Assembly (NCBI GenBank): GCA_030704615.1
Contig: CM060732.1
Location: forward strand, 21,762,001-21,826,000
Direction of reading: 5' to 3'
DNA from: Takakia lepidozioides
Taxonomy: Eukaryota; Plantae; Bryophyta
Length of the DNA: 64,000 nucleotides
The notes under the pieces were generated by a model. It was not told the DNA's origin. It saw only the letters and a list, made by a program, of their open reading frames with translations, and made no database searches. Of the stretch, positions 36,243 through 47,052 are shown in pieces (position 1 is the first letter of the stretch; each line of letters opens with the position of its first letter). The position numbers were made by a program, and so were the translations under genes.

Positions 36243-39200
36243 AAGCCAGGGTAGGTGTGATTCAGTAGAGGATCGAATGTTCGTATGTAGAATGAAAGCT
36301 TGGGAAACACAGAAGTGCCCACCCCTTTACTGAGTGCGTCAGCACACACAGTTTTGGGACTGTGTATTCAACAGAGTAGGGCTGCAACAACATCGAAACT
36401 TCGTGAGATAGGAACGAAGGGTGGAAAAAGAGTGTCAAGACAAACCTGTATAGAACCCTCTTCATGGCCTGTTCTGATCCATGTTGCTGCTCGAAGTTGT
36501 TAGTGCGCGAGATGCCTCCCTCTTTGGCAAACTCCCTGAAGAAGCAAGTGCCGAAGCAAGCTGCTTTCCACTGGCGGACATAGTCTTCTAGAGTATCCGT
36601 CGGTGGAGTCATAGTTATCTTGTAATCATTTAGCTGCTTCTCCAGGACCAGCTGTGCTCGAGCCTCTATCTGCACAAGAACAGATTTACAATTCAGAGAA
36701 CAGATTTTTAAGAACAGTAAGTGACTTTTCCCAGTGCAATGCAGTTTTGCAGTGGAAATGGAAAGGCGAGAGGAAAAAACATGTGCCCAGTACGTGGCTT
36801 TGTGCAGCCACATATCGAGAACATGGTCACTGAATTGCTTTATGACTCCTGTTTCCTTGTTCTTCTCACTCTTCGGAAAGCAGTGGTTATCTTTCACTGT
36901 TGGGTCGGCGTTCCAAATCTCAAGCCATTTCACTTTCACCTCTGGCTCCACTACGGCAATGGACAAGCGATGAAGCTTCTCCTACATCATTTCGGGCTTG
37001 GTGTTCACGTTCTAGTGGATCCTGACCTGATTCAAGAACTCTGGGCCAAAAGTAGGGTCGGCTATTCTGAGTTGTTTTACGAACGCGCTCATGTAGTGCC
37101 TCTTCGCCACCTCAATCTCCTTGTTCAATAGATTCTTCCACTCCTTTTGAGGATCGCTCCCTTGGGTCTTTTTTGGCATAGTACTCTGCTTTCCCTTTCT
37201 CTCCAGCCTCCGCAATCTCTTGCTGAACATTCCAGTATACAACGTATTAGTCAACTGGTTTTTTGAATGAACAAGTAGACAGAGCTAGGGAAGGAATACT
37301 TACAGCGTACATGTAGTCACAGAAAGCCTCCCTAGTCAGCTTGTACCATGTGTCAGCGGATTTGGAGGTCTCGCACTTCTTGTAAGCCTCAACACTGATA
37401 AGGTTTTTGAAGGTGACCAGTGGCATTTGGCCCACCTTCTGTATCCTGAATAGAGTGTGGACCAAATTTGTCGTCACGTGTACACTTTCGGTTCCCCTGC
37501 AGTCCCACACAAACACTATGACTTCCTCCTTACCAGGAAATACAAAACTGACAGAACAAATCGGAGAGTTCTGATGGCATGAAGGGTGAGCATTATACTT
37601 ACTTGTTGATGTCATGCATAGCCGTCAGAAGTGCTGAGACATTTCCTTTCGGATCCAGCACCATGGACGCCACAAGGTAGTGCCAGTCCTCGTCTGTGCT
37701 ATGATATTTGTTTATGACATTCATCCAGGCCATGAAACGTGATTGCCATCCCATATATGAAACATTTTCCCGGAGAACACCTATGTGGACAGTCTCCTCG
37801 AAATCTGGGCTTCGAACTCCTTGTTTACTTCTCGTCATATTGGATCCCAGCTTTTCACAATTGACTCGTCCACCAAGACCTCCTTTCCACTGGCATCGCA
37901 CAAGGACACGTAAAACACCGAAGACCCCTCTACGTATCCATGACTAAAATCTTGCTCCAACTTGGACACATCCCCGGTCAGGGCAGGTTGAGCGATTGGC
38001 ATTGATATTAGGCGGCAGAGAGGGATCATAATCTTGCCTCCAGGTACCTGCATAGACTTGATCACCTGCGCGGAATTGACCTTCTGGTACACGAGGACCT
38101 TTGCCGCTCGCTCTTCGTAGAAATGATCGTCTTCTTCAACAGGCTTCTCAGTCACTTCCTCCTGCTGCTGCTGCTGCTTCTCAGACTGTAATCCTTTTCT
38201 TTTCCTCCCAGGCTACACCTCCCACAATTACAGCCTTTCCATCATTCCACAGCTACATTTTCCTGATCTGGCACCTACAAGAATTGAGTGTGGTGGTGCA
38301 CTCACTTTCGAGACTGACAAAGGATCGGAACAGACAAACGTCATCTCTCCAAAACTACATACATAACCCTCATTTCTTGTCAACCGGAATTGAGTGCGGT
38401 GGCGCACTCATTTTTTGGACACCTTCCATGACATCTATGAAATCATGTTCATTGCAGGCACTCCATCTCTACTCAGTCAATGGCTCCTTTGTCACTTCCT
38501 CTTCCAGATAGTGTGCTTTATTCTAGAGGCAAAAACTGAGTGCGCCACCACACTCAAAACTGTACAAATATATATTCAGTTAAAAACCGGATTCCAAATC
38601 AACTTCGACTTACATACTGTCTTCAAATATCTGCGAGTCCACTGTTAAAACTGAGTGTGCCACCACACTCAGTTTCCAGGGTGTTCTGATGTTCTTCCCA
38701 TAACTAAAAAAGAATGCTTTCCAATTTCCACAATCATTTTCACCTTATAGTTCATCTCAGACATCATCAAATCAACCATCTACAGGTGCTCAAAAAACTG
38801 AGTGCGGTGGCGCACTCATTTCTGGGAGCCCTCCACTTTGTCTGCCTGCTTTCTGTTGCGAGCACACTAGGGTCTTTACCTCTGTCCACGAAGATGGTCG
38901 ACCTCACCTCAGACTTGAGTGCGCCACCGCACTCAGTTTCAAGGTTATCGTTTTTGTCTATCTGAAAACTCAAAAGAGATCTCACTTTGAATGAAACACA
39001 CTTTCTAACTATCGTTTCACCTCTCTCATAAGCAAACTGACCATTCTATGGTGATCCGAAACTGAGTGCGGTGGCGCACTCAGTTCTGGGAGCCCTCCAT
39101 TCTGTCTTCCTACTTCTATTTTGAGTTCATCGGGGTCTTCACGTCTGTCCAAAAAGATCGTCGATTGCCAACGCACTCAATTTCCAGGTTAGACTTAATG

Positions 39201-39850
39201 TGATTCTCATAACTCATAAGAGATCTCACTATAGAATAAACACACTTTCTATCTACCGTTCACCTCAGTCAATAGCAACTCAATGATTCCATGGTGCTCA
39301 TAAATTGAGTGATGTGGCACACTCAGTTCTGGGTGACCACTCCACTGTCTCTCGGACCTAAACTGATCACCTTCCTCTTTCCCTAATGCCCTAGCGATCG
39401 CCTAGCATCCAGTTGAAATGAGTGCGCCACCGCACTCAGTTTTCCCGTGTCCCTCTCAGGGGCTTCCATTGCAGATCCTGCTGCCTCTAAGACTTACGTA
39501 TTCACCTCGGCCCACAATGGAAGTGATAGAGCTCCCCTCAAAACTGAGTGCGGTGCCGCACTCAATTTTCAGGGGATCTCTTGTATCCTGTCTATGCACT
39601 TGGTGCGACAGTCAAGCGAGATTCATGCAGATTGGGAGAAGGATCACCCTGGGTTTCATGACACCACTTCCAGATGCCTCTTCTTGCTGCGTCCTCACCG
39701 CCTCCTTTGGTGTCGCTTCTTTCTCATCGACGGTGGCGGTGTCAATGTCCATGTCATGCACAATGGTCTCCCCTTCCCTTCTTCCCTCCATTTCAGGCTG
39801 GACCTCCTCTGTCATCTGTTGTGATTCCTGAGTTGACGTATCCAGCTTGA
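36243..39850 (-). pseudogene. 5' exons of the MULE accessory gene: acidic N-terminus, ParB/Sulfiredoxin-like domain and helical middle region
   Basis: 'MIPLCRLISMPIAQPALTGDVSKLEQDFSHGY...' followed by KMFHIWDGNH[R]FMAW at 37768-37726 (one-base deletion), the ParB/Srx DGxHR motif. GT-AG introns at ~37602-37500, 37281-37255 and 36447-36300. Last donor GTAAGT at 36242. The exon near 39612-39850 is less certain. Confidence 0.65.
38285..39565. repeat. Array of ~11 palindromes TGAGTGCG-N4-CGCACTCA at ~105-147 bp spacing (~263-bp higher-order unit)
   Basis: Copies at ~38285, 38391, 38537, 38652, 38798, 38916, 39063, 39165 (partial), 39306, 39419 and 39545. The spacer alternates GTGG/CCAC in the distal part. 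Confidence 0.9.
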
Positions 39851-39965
39851 CTAACAACAATAGAGAAAGTAAGGAACCCTCTTAAGCCGTCAGTTATTCA
39901 TGTGGTTAAGAACGTGCGTGTCTGCCTTCTAACCCCCCAAATGGATCGCTCTCACTGGTTGCGGT

Positions 39966-40540
39966 TTATTGGGCGCCCCTAATGCCATCAATAAGGCAGT
40001 TTTCTTCAAATGTGGATGTTTGGTGATTTGGATGAAATAATATTGCGCACATGAGACATGTCATCGCCCTATCATACACGGATTTTGCCTTCTTCGAAAC
40101 GAAAACATACATAATGTCGGGAACGCCATGTCCACGTTCATCCGGCGTCGGATATTTCCCGGTTTTGGCACTCAATGCACTGTCCGGGTTCACGTTGTGG
40201 AACGCCGCAAAACGCAAATTGGATTGCCATATCCAAGATGGCGCCGTCTTTTCCCGGTGGTGTAACACTGACAAAATAAATAGTTTTGTTCCCTTCTCCA
40301 TCAATTTGGCAACTGCTCAACTATTTTGGCGGTGTGGTTCAATACCCTTGACCGTTATTGGTTAATGTGTGGGGCCAATTGTACAACTGCCTCTTGCCTT
40401 AGCAAACACTTTTGGGATGTGGCAATCGCCTCCGGAAGGTTTTTACCTGTTAACGTCGCACAGTTGTATTGGTACTCACCATTGTATGTTCACCACATGG
40501 CTTCTCCTAATGACGTGGCCTTCGCCGAGTTTTAGTATAT
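39966..40540 (-). pseudogene. Degenerate ORF of unknown function inside the MULE
   Basis: ORF 39966..40304 plus upstream protein-like frames broken by stops. No recognisable motif. Confidence 0.35.
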
Positions 40541-41336
40541 GTCAAGGACGAGAACATGACTGAACACAAACTAGAGATCAGATTAGAGGTACAAGACTAG
40601 ACAAGAAGTCAAGGCCAGCGTGGCCGAATGCATGATGAGTAAATATGAATCAAGACGATCTTTATAACAATGAACAAGAGTACAAGATATTGGAACACGA
40701 CTTGAATACTGGAAATGCTGGAAAGTGGACTGGAGTACCAGATACTGGAAACTGGGCTAGGGTACTGGGAACTGGACTGGAATACTGGGAACTGGAAACA
40801 AAAGTTGCTTGAACTGGTGTTGGCGAGACTGAAGAGTGTCCAGTCTCGCCTCCTATATATACTGGCTATTAAGAAGCTTCCCCTATGGAGGTTGCTTGCT
40901 GGAGAAGTTTCCAAGATTAAACAAAGGTTTCTTGATGGAGAAGCTTCCTTAAACAAAGGAGGTATCTTGATGGAGAAGTTTCCTCCAAATGAAGCTTTCT
41001 GAGCACTTTCCCAAGTTACTCTTGGTAATTTGATAAACTCTCGGTAACTTGATAAGTAATGATAAATCATGGTAGATCATAGTAAATCACGGTAAGTCAT
41101 GGTAATTTTTGGTAACATGATATCTTGGTAACTTCTGGTATTTACTCCTGGTAAGTTCCTCTGGGCTATGTCCGTGACAGTATACTGAAGAACCTTGCCC
41201 TTTCAGTGCCGCGGTTGAAGATGATGGTTTTGCTGTGGTGGAGGAGCATGTTCTGGCAGCAAGGTTCAAGCTTGACATTGGCTGTGTTTCTGTCGAGAAA
41301 GAGATTTATGACTTGGTGGGAAACGTTTAAAGAACA

Positions 41337-44300
41337 TTGTTCCAGAAATCGCATGTTGCACAAAAACACAAGGAATGGAGAGTTCTTCCTGGAAAATATC
41401 GTGTGTTCCGAAGTGAAAGGAGACAATCCGGTGGCTCCATTGTGATTCCTAGGATAGCTGCCTTTGTCGTTCAAGGAAAGCGGCATGTGATTGTGAAGCG
41501 GGATGACACCACTTCAACAACTTTTGTGACACTATCGGATTCCTCGGATGATGAATTCGCGGAAATACTGGCTCCCATGAACCGTCTTCCTGAAGGGGAC
41601 ATCGATGTTCAGGAAATCGTTAGCGTCATCCCACATCTTAAAGCATTGTCAGGAAACCAGGATCCAAAAACGAGATCGCAGGGATACTGTGGAATTCATT
41701 CGCAACAAAAATGGTTCATTTTCTTCCACCTTCCTTTGACGATGACATCCTCTTTGAACTGAATCCACCAACTTGTGTTGGGGGCCTCGCAGGTCTCTTG
41801 CAAGGAATGGATAAAAAGCATGACGGCCATCCATGGTGCAGAACCAAAACGTCCAATATCTACAACAATGTAAACTTGACATTCAGAAGGAGCGTTTGTG
41901 TGGGGCATCTGAGATGTGTGAATGCAAGTTGCCTGCGTTTCACGAAGAGCGGTGCTACAAATGAGAGTGAGTGGGAAGGACTTTCCGACAATCCTTTTAT
42001 CCCAGGATGTGCCCCACCGTCTGCCAGTACATTTGTTTGTAAGTTCTGCAAGGTGGCCCCCTCCTGCATTGCACATTGCCCTGCTCGCATGTACTACGTT
42101 ACTCACCGTTGCAAAACCATGACTCGAGCCTACATTCTTTTTGGGACTCACGACCATCTTGTGTCTCACGGCGATTGCAGAGATAGTGTGGAGTTGGCGC
42201 GTGGGCTTGTCGCGAAGGAGTTTGCAAAGTCCCCTTCAGCCAAACCATCTGCCATAGTGCTGGCTGCCAGCAAAAGTTTCCTGGAGAGGCACATTCTGGG
42301 GCAAGGAAGCGAATCCAGCTCAAGACTTGAGGGGGCGTCTTTGGATGCAGTGATGGATCACTTCTTCGTGTTGAGCTCCCCCAATATTAGGAATCAGGTG
42401 AATGCATTGAGAGTGCGCGGTGGAAACACAAGGTCCATCGACAGCATTATGGAGCTCAAGCAAATGAGTCAATATGACTTTATCCAAACTAGCGTCTTCC
42501 CGGGTCAGGGGTCTTCAAAGGTTTACTTGTTCAAGATGTCTATGGTGGGTGAGGGCAGTGGCGTCAGCCTAACCAGACGTATGCAACCAGGGGGGGATCT
42601 GGAGAAAGCCTGGATGATGTTCGATCATTGCAAACGAGTGAAGGGCTAGACAACCATGTCTTGCCATGTTTACGACCCAAACTACCAAAGAATAATGACA
42701 ATTGTCATCTGTGACATGCAGTCTGAAGATACAAAGTCCCAGATGATAATGTGGAATTGTTTGCTTTCAATCATGGAGTCCAATGGACATACAAGCATAA
42801 ATTTCAACGGGTTTATGGCGGATAGTGCACAGGCTAACTTCAACGTTGTGCGCTGATTTTTTGGATCTGGTGATCCAAAGGTACCCATGCCTAATAGGGA
42901 GCGCACATGTCTATTCCACTGGACTCAGTCCCTGCAGAAACATACGAAGAGGTGCATCAGAAGAGATCTGCAGGCGGAGCACATGAGGCTCTGCTTCATA
43001 TACAAGAATGCGACTACAATGGAAGAGGCTAAGACCAGGTACCAGACAGTGAGAGCATGGTGGTTCTCGTCAGAGGCTACTGATCAGGACGGTGTCAAAG
43101 AATTGGAAGATTGGTTGGTCTTCTGGCACTTCAGATACCGGCAATGGGGGGCTTTCATGACTACTGTAAGCTGTCTTTCACCTCTGCAATCCCTTGTATG
43201 TGCCTAGTTCTTTCCTTGTTCCCAGAACGGTCCGCGCTTGCATGAATGACGCTCTTTCATTTTCCTTTCACAGGACATGTCCCTTGAGGACATTGCGGAC
43301 ATGCCGTCCTGCAACCTGGCAGAAAGCGTTCACGCCGCCTGGAAGCAGCAATCTGGCAAAGTAGGAAGAGATCTATACATTGCTACAACAGATGATCTAG
43401 TACGAGCTCTAACCCAGCAAACAAGATATCGTGACTTCCTCAGGGGGCGATGTGGGGGCAAGGGACCAGATACAGCAGAGTTGATGCTGACGGCTGCAAG
43501 AAGGTCCGGGGATCCAACGAAGATGGTAAAGGCAGTGAACAGGTGCACAATGGGCTCGCCTCTCCAATCAATGGAGCCCCATCTGGAAGGAGAGGAAAAG
43601 TTCGGGACTTGCAAACGCAAGCTAAATACACCTCCAGGATCAGATGGGGATTCACATCGCCATGACAGGGACAACTTCTCTGTACCCAAGATTTCTTCAC
43701 TACAAAATATGGCGTCCAGTAGGAAAGAGGCTGCTGGTGCATCCTCTTCCACAGAGACCTGTCCTCTACCTGCAACCCTGCGGGTTTCCAGCAGGACCAC
43801 AGGGGGGCAGTGCAGGAGTCACCTTGTGCTGACTCCGAATGGCACATCGAGCGAACTACTCCAGGGTCTAGAGTTGGTTGCGTTGCAGTGAGGGCCATTA
43901 GCTATGAAAAGTGTAAGTCCAGGATAGCCAAAGGCTCAACGGGTACTCCAGCTCCGACGTTCACAGGTTTGATTCAGCCATATATGTCGAAGGAGTTGAA
44001 GACGCACAAATTCTGGTTTTGCCCGGACGATATGGCTCGCTGTGTGAATGGTACCGTCCGCAACTCCTGCATTGCTAAGCCTCCCCCACCCACCATTTGG
44101 CCAGTGTGGGTGGGAACCTCTCTAACAGCACTGGAGATTGGCAAGTTGGAGGATGTCGACTTTCGTCTGCACCGATCTGTGGCGTCGACTCTTGGTGGCC
44201 TTGCTGCTATGGTACCTCCTCCAGACGATACTTCGCATCCCACGAGAAGGAATGGCAAAACAGTGCATCGGGTGGCTTTGGGGCCTGATCACGATGCGAA

Positions 44301-44724
44301 GGTGGAATCGGCCAGACTACTTCAGGCTTGGGTAACAGGAACTATGGAAGTACCTTCACCTGGGTATGGACGGGTTTATAGTTTGGTCACATCTGGGTCT
44401 GTTTTGCACGACAGGGTCTATCAGGTGACGGTGGGGAATTTTCCGGGGTGTACCTGTCCCGACTTCGTGTGCATGCGTGAGGAAGCTCTAGGAAAGAGAG
44501 GGAAATGGGTTCCCTGCAAGCATCTTTACTACATCTTTTTGCGCAGATGTATTGTGATCCCAAAAGAGACCAAATCATTCACCAGGCGACACTTGGTCCT
44601 GGTGAGGTACGGACACTTTTGCAGCGGGACATTGGCAATATCGAGTAGTATTGCATATGTTGCGATTTTTCGCAATGTCGGACAGGGCTGCCTTGTTTGT
44701 AGAACATGTATACACAGTTCTTAA
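41337..44724 (+). pseudogene. Mutator/MULE-type transposase: GCM-like Zn DNA-binding domain, DDE core with CxxH, C-terminal SWIM finger
   Basis: 'SVCVGHLRCVNASC...CKFC...GTHDH' (GCM/WRKY-like). 'MMFDH', 'FMADSAQANF', 'CLFHW', 'NLAESVH'. SWIM 'YQVTVGNFPGCTCPDF...PCKHLYYI'. Intron ~43166-43273. Premature stops at ~42647 and ~42854. Confidence 0.82.
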
Positions 44725-44919
44725 ATCTGGACAAGCAGGCGATGTCTCGTTATGAAAGGTCGTTTTTTTTTTCATCAGGTTTGGTTTACGAGCCTCTAAA
44801 ATTGTGTGCGTCAATGCACACCACTTCTGCCCCCACCCCCAACATTGCCCCAGACAAATAAAATTGTTTTTTTTTTTTTTTTTTTTCGCGGGCCTGCCAA
44901 ACATGGACAAGTGTTAGTA

Positions 44920-46350
44920 TGAAAGCTCATTTTATTTTTTCACGGCCTCTACAGAAGCATTGCGTAAATGAGCTTCATGATGACCATCTATTTTTTTTTT
45001 CCACTTCTTCTTGAATATCAATCACCTGAACAAGTTTCACAATGACAGCTCATTTGTTTTCCACGTCCTCTATACAGACAAACCCTAAATAAGCATTTAT
45101 GATGACCATATGTTCTTTTTTTCACCTCTTCTTCAATAACAGAAACCTGAAGAAGTTTGACAATGATAGAGCTCAAGTTTTTTTTTCACCTCTTCTTCCC
45201 AAACAAACCCTAATTTATTCATGATGACATCTGATTTTTTTTCACCTCCTTTTCATCAACAAAAACCTGAACAAGATTGACAATGATAGAGCTCAATTTT
45301 TCACCTCTTCTTCACAAACAAACCCTAAATAAGCATTCATGATGACCATCTGGTTTTTTTTCACCTCTTCTTCAATAACAGAAACTGAAGAAGTTTGACA
45401 ATGATAGAGCTCAAGTTTTATTTTCACCTCTTCTTCACAAACAATCCCTAATTTATTCATGATGACCATCTGATTTTTTTTTCACCTCTTCTTCACAAAC
45501 AAACCCTAAATAAGCATTCATGATGACCATCTGATATTTTTTTCACCTCTTCTTCAATAACAGAAACCTTAACAAGTTTGAGAATGAGAGCTCAATTTTT
45601 TCACCTCTTCTTCACAAACAAACCGTAAATAAACATCCATAATGACCATCGGATTTCTTTTTTCGCCTCTTCTTCAATAACAGAAACCTGAACAAGTTTG
45701 ACAATGATAGAGCTTAATTTTTTTTTTTCAGCTCGTCTTCACAAACAAACCCTAAATAAGCATTCATGATGACCATCTGATTTTTTTCACCTCTTCTTCA
45801 AGAATCCTAAACAAGTTTCACAAGGATAGGTCAATGTTTTTTTTTTACCTCTTCTTCACAAAGAAACCCTAAATAAGCAATCACAATGACCATGTGTTTT
45901 TTTTTTCACCTCATCTTCAATAACACAAACCTAAACAAGTTCCACAATAAACCGCTCATTTTGTTACACATCTTCTTCACAAACAAAGCCTAAATAAGCT
46001 TGAAGATGACCATCTATTTAATTTTCACCTCATCTACATTAACAAAAACCATTGCCTGTTTCACAATGAGGGGTCAAATTTTGGGGCCTGTTCTTGCCCA
46101 TCCTCATTATTTTTAACCTCTCCTTCAATATTTCATCCATCCATCATCCATCCATCATGGATGAAATACTGGAAACGTCAGATAGCTTGACAATGAGCAT
46201 CCAAACTTTTCTTGCCTCTTGTTCATGCAAGAATCCCTAAGTAAGATTCATGATGACTCACCCAGCCTTTTTTTTTCATCTCTTCTTCAATAAGAAAACC
46301 TCAGTAAGTTTCACAATGACCATTCCATTCTTTCTATACCTCTTTTTTTA
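44920..46350. repeat. Subterminal tandem repeat, ~118-120 bp unit built of two ~60-bp subunits (TTCACCTCTTCTTCA...AAACCCTAA...ATGATGACCATC)
   Basis: About 10-12 diverged units are directly visible. Confidence 0.88.
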
Positions 46351-46508
46351 AGCGCTATAACTGCTTCCATGACAATAGGACCCTCTCTAAACAGAGGACT
46401 CGGGGTATGGGGCCCGCTTCTTCCTCCACTAAACCCCTGGGCTCACGCTTAGAGGACAAAGCGTGAGTCGAGTTCTGGGCTCACGCTGTAGCTGCACTCG
46501 TAATCCCC

Positions 46509-46555
<47 letters not shown>

Positions 46556-47052
46556 CCTCTCCTTTCCTCAGTGCCATGCAATGACAATGATGTCCTTGTT
46601 ACATCTGTCCAGCCCTCCTCGGAGGACTCCTTGCCGGTCCTTTATTTATTTATTTCTGCTCCTCTATCCAAGAATCGTTGTCACCTCTTGGTCTCTTCCC
46701 GTGATAACAAATTTCTCCCCTCGTTGTATCTCTCTGAAAATGATCTTCCGCATCCTGGGGCCGTCATCTTTGATCTGGCCATCCTTTTGGGTCTTCCGCT
46801 GGTGAACTTCAATATTTCTTTTTCTACTCGGAACAAGCTGCAGTTTTGCTTTTCTCAGTCAGGCAAACCAAGAAGAGGCCCGTTGATGGTGGGTCATGTT
46901 CAGCTTCGGTTCCCTTCGCTTGTTTCTTCCTCCCTCTTTTCGTGGGTCTCTGTCCTTCCCTTTCATGATAAAAGAACTAAATTCAAGTTCTCTAAGCCAT
47001 TCAGGCCATCTCTTCAAGGTGATCCCTTGAGCCTGTTGATGGACAAACCCCC

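Larger units (their letters stand above)
2191..46509. mobile_element. Large Mutator-like (MULE) DNA transposon inserted in the L1, carrying a transposase plus a ParB-MTase accessory gene and two nested elements
   Basis: Imperfect inverted ends: GGGGGATGCTAGAGTG...GTGAGCCCAGG repeats (2191-2265) vs CTGGGCTCACGC...CACTCGTAATCCCC (46437-46508). CATCCAT-rich subterminal tracts at ~2460-2560 and 46132-46166. L1 sequence lies on both sides. The TSD cannot be read because of the poly-C at 46505-46554. Confidence 0.6.

Noticed and set aside
38285-39565. CRISPR-like array (palindromic repeats with spacers)
   Set aside because: Spacers are ~85-125 bp and related to each other in a ~263-bp higher-order unit, repeat orientation alternates, there are no cas genes, and the context is eukaryotic and intronic.
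46463-46560. Poly-proline protein start
   Set aside because: It is the translation of a ~50-nt poly-C run at the MULE/L1 junction and may be a sequencing artefact.
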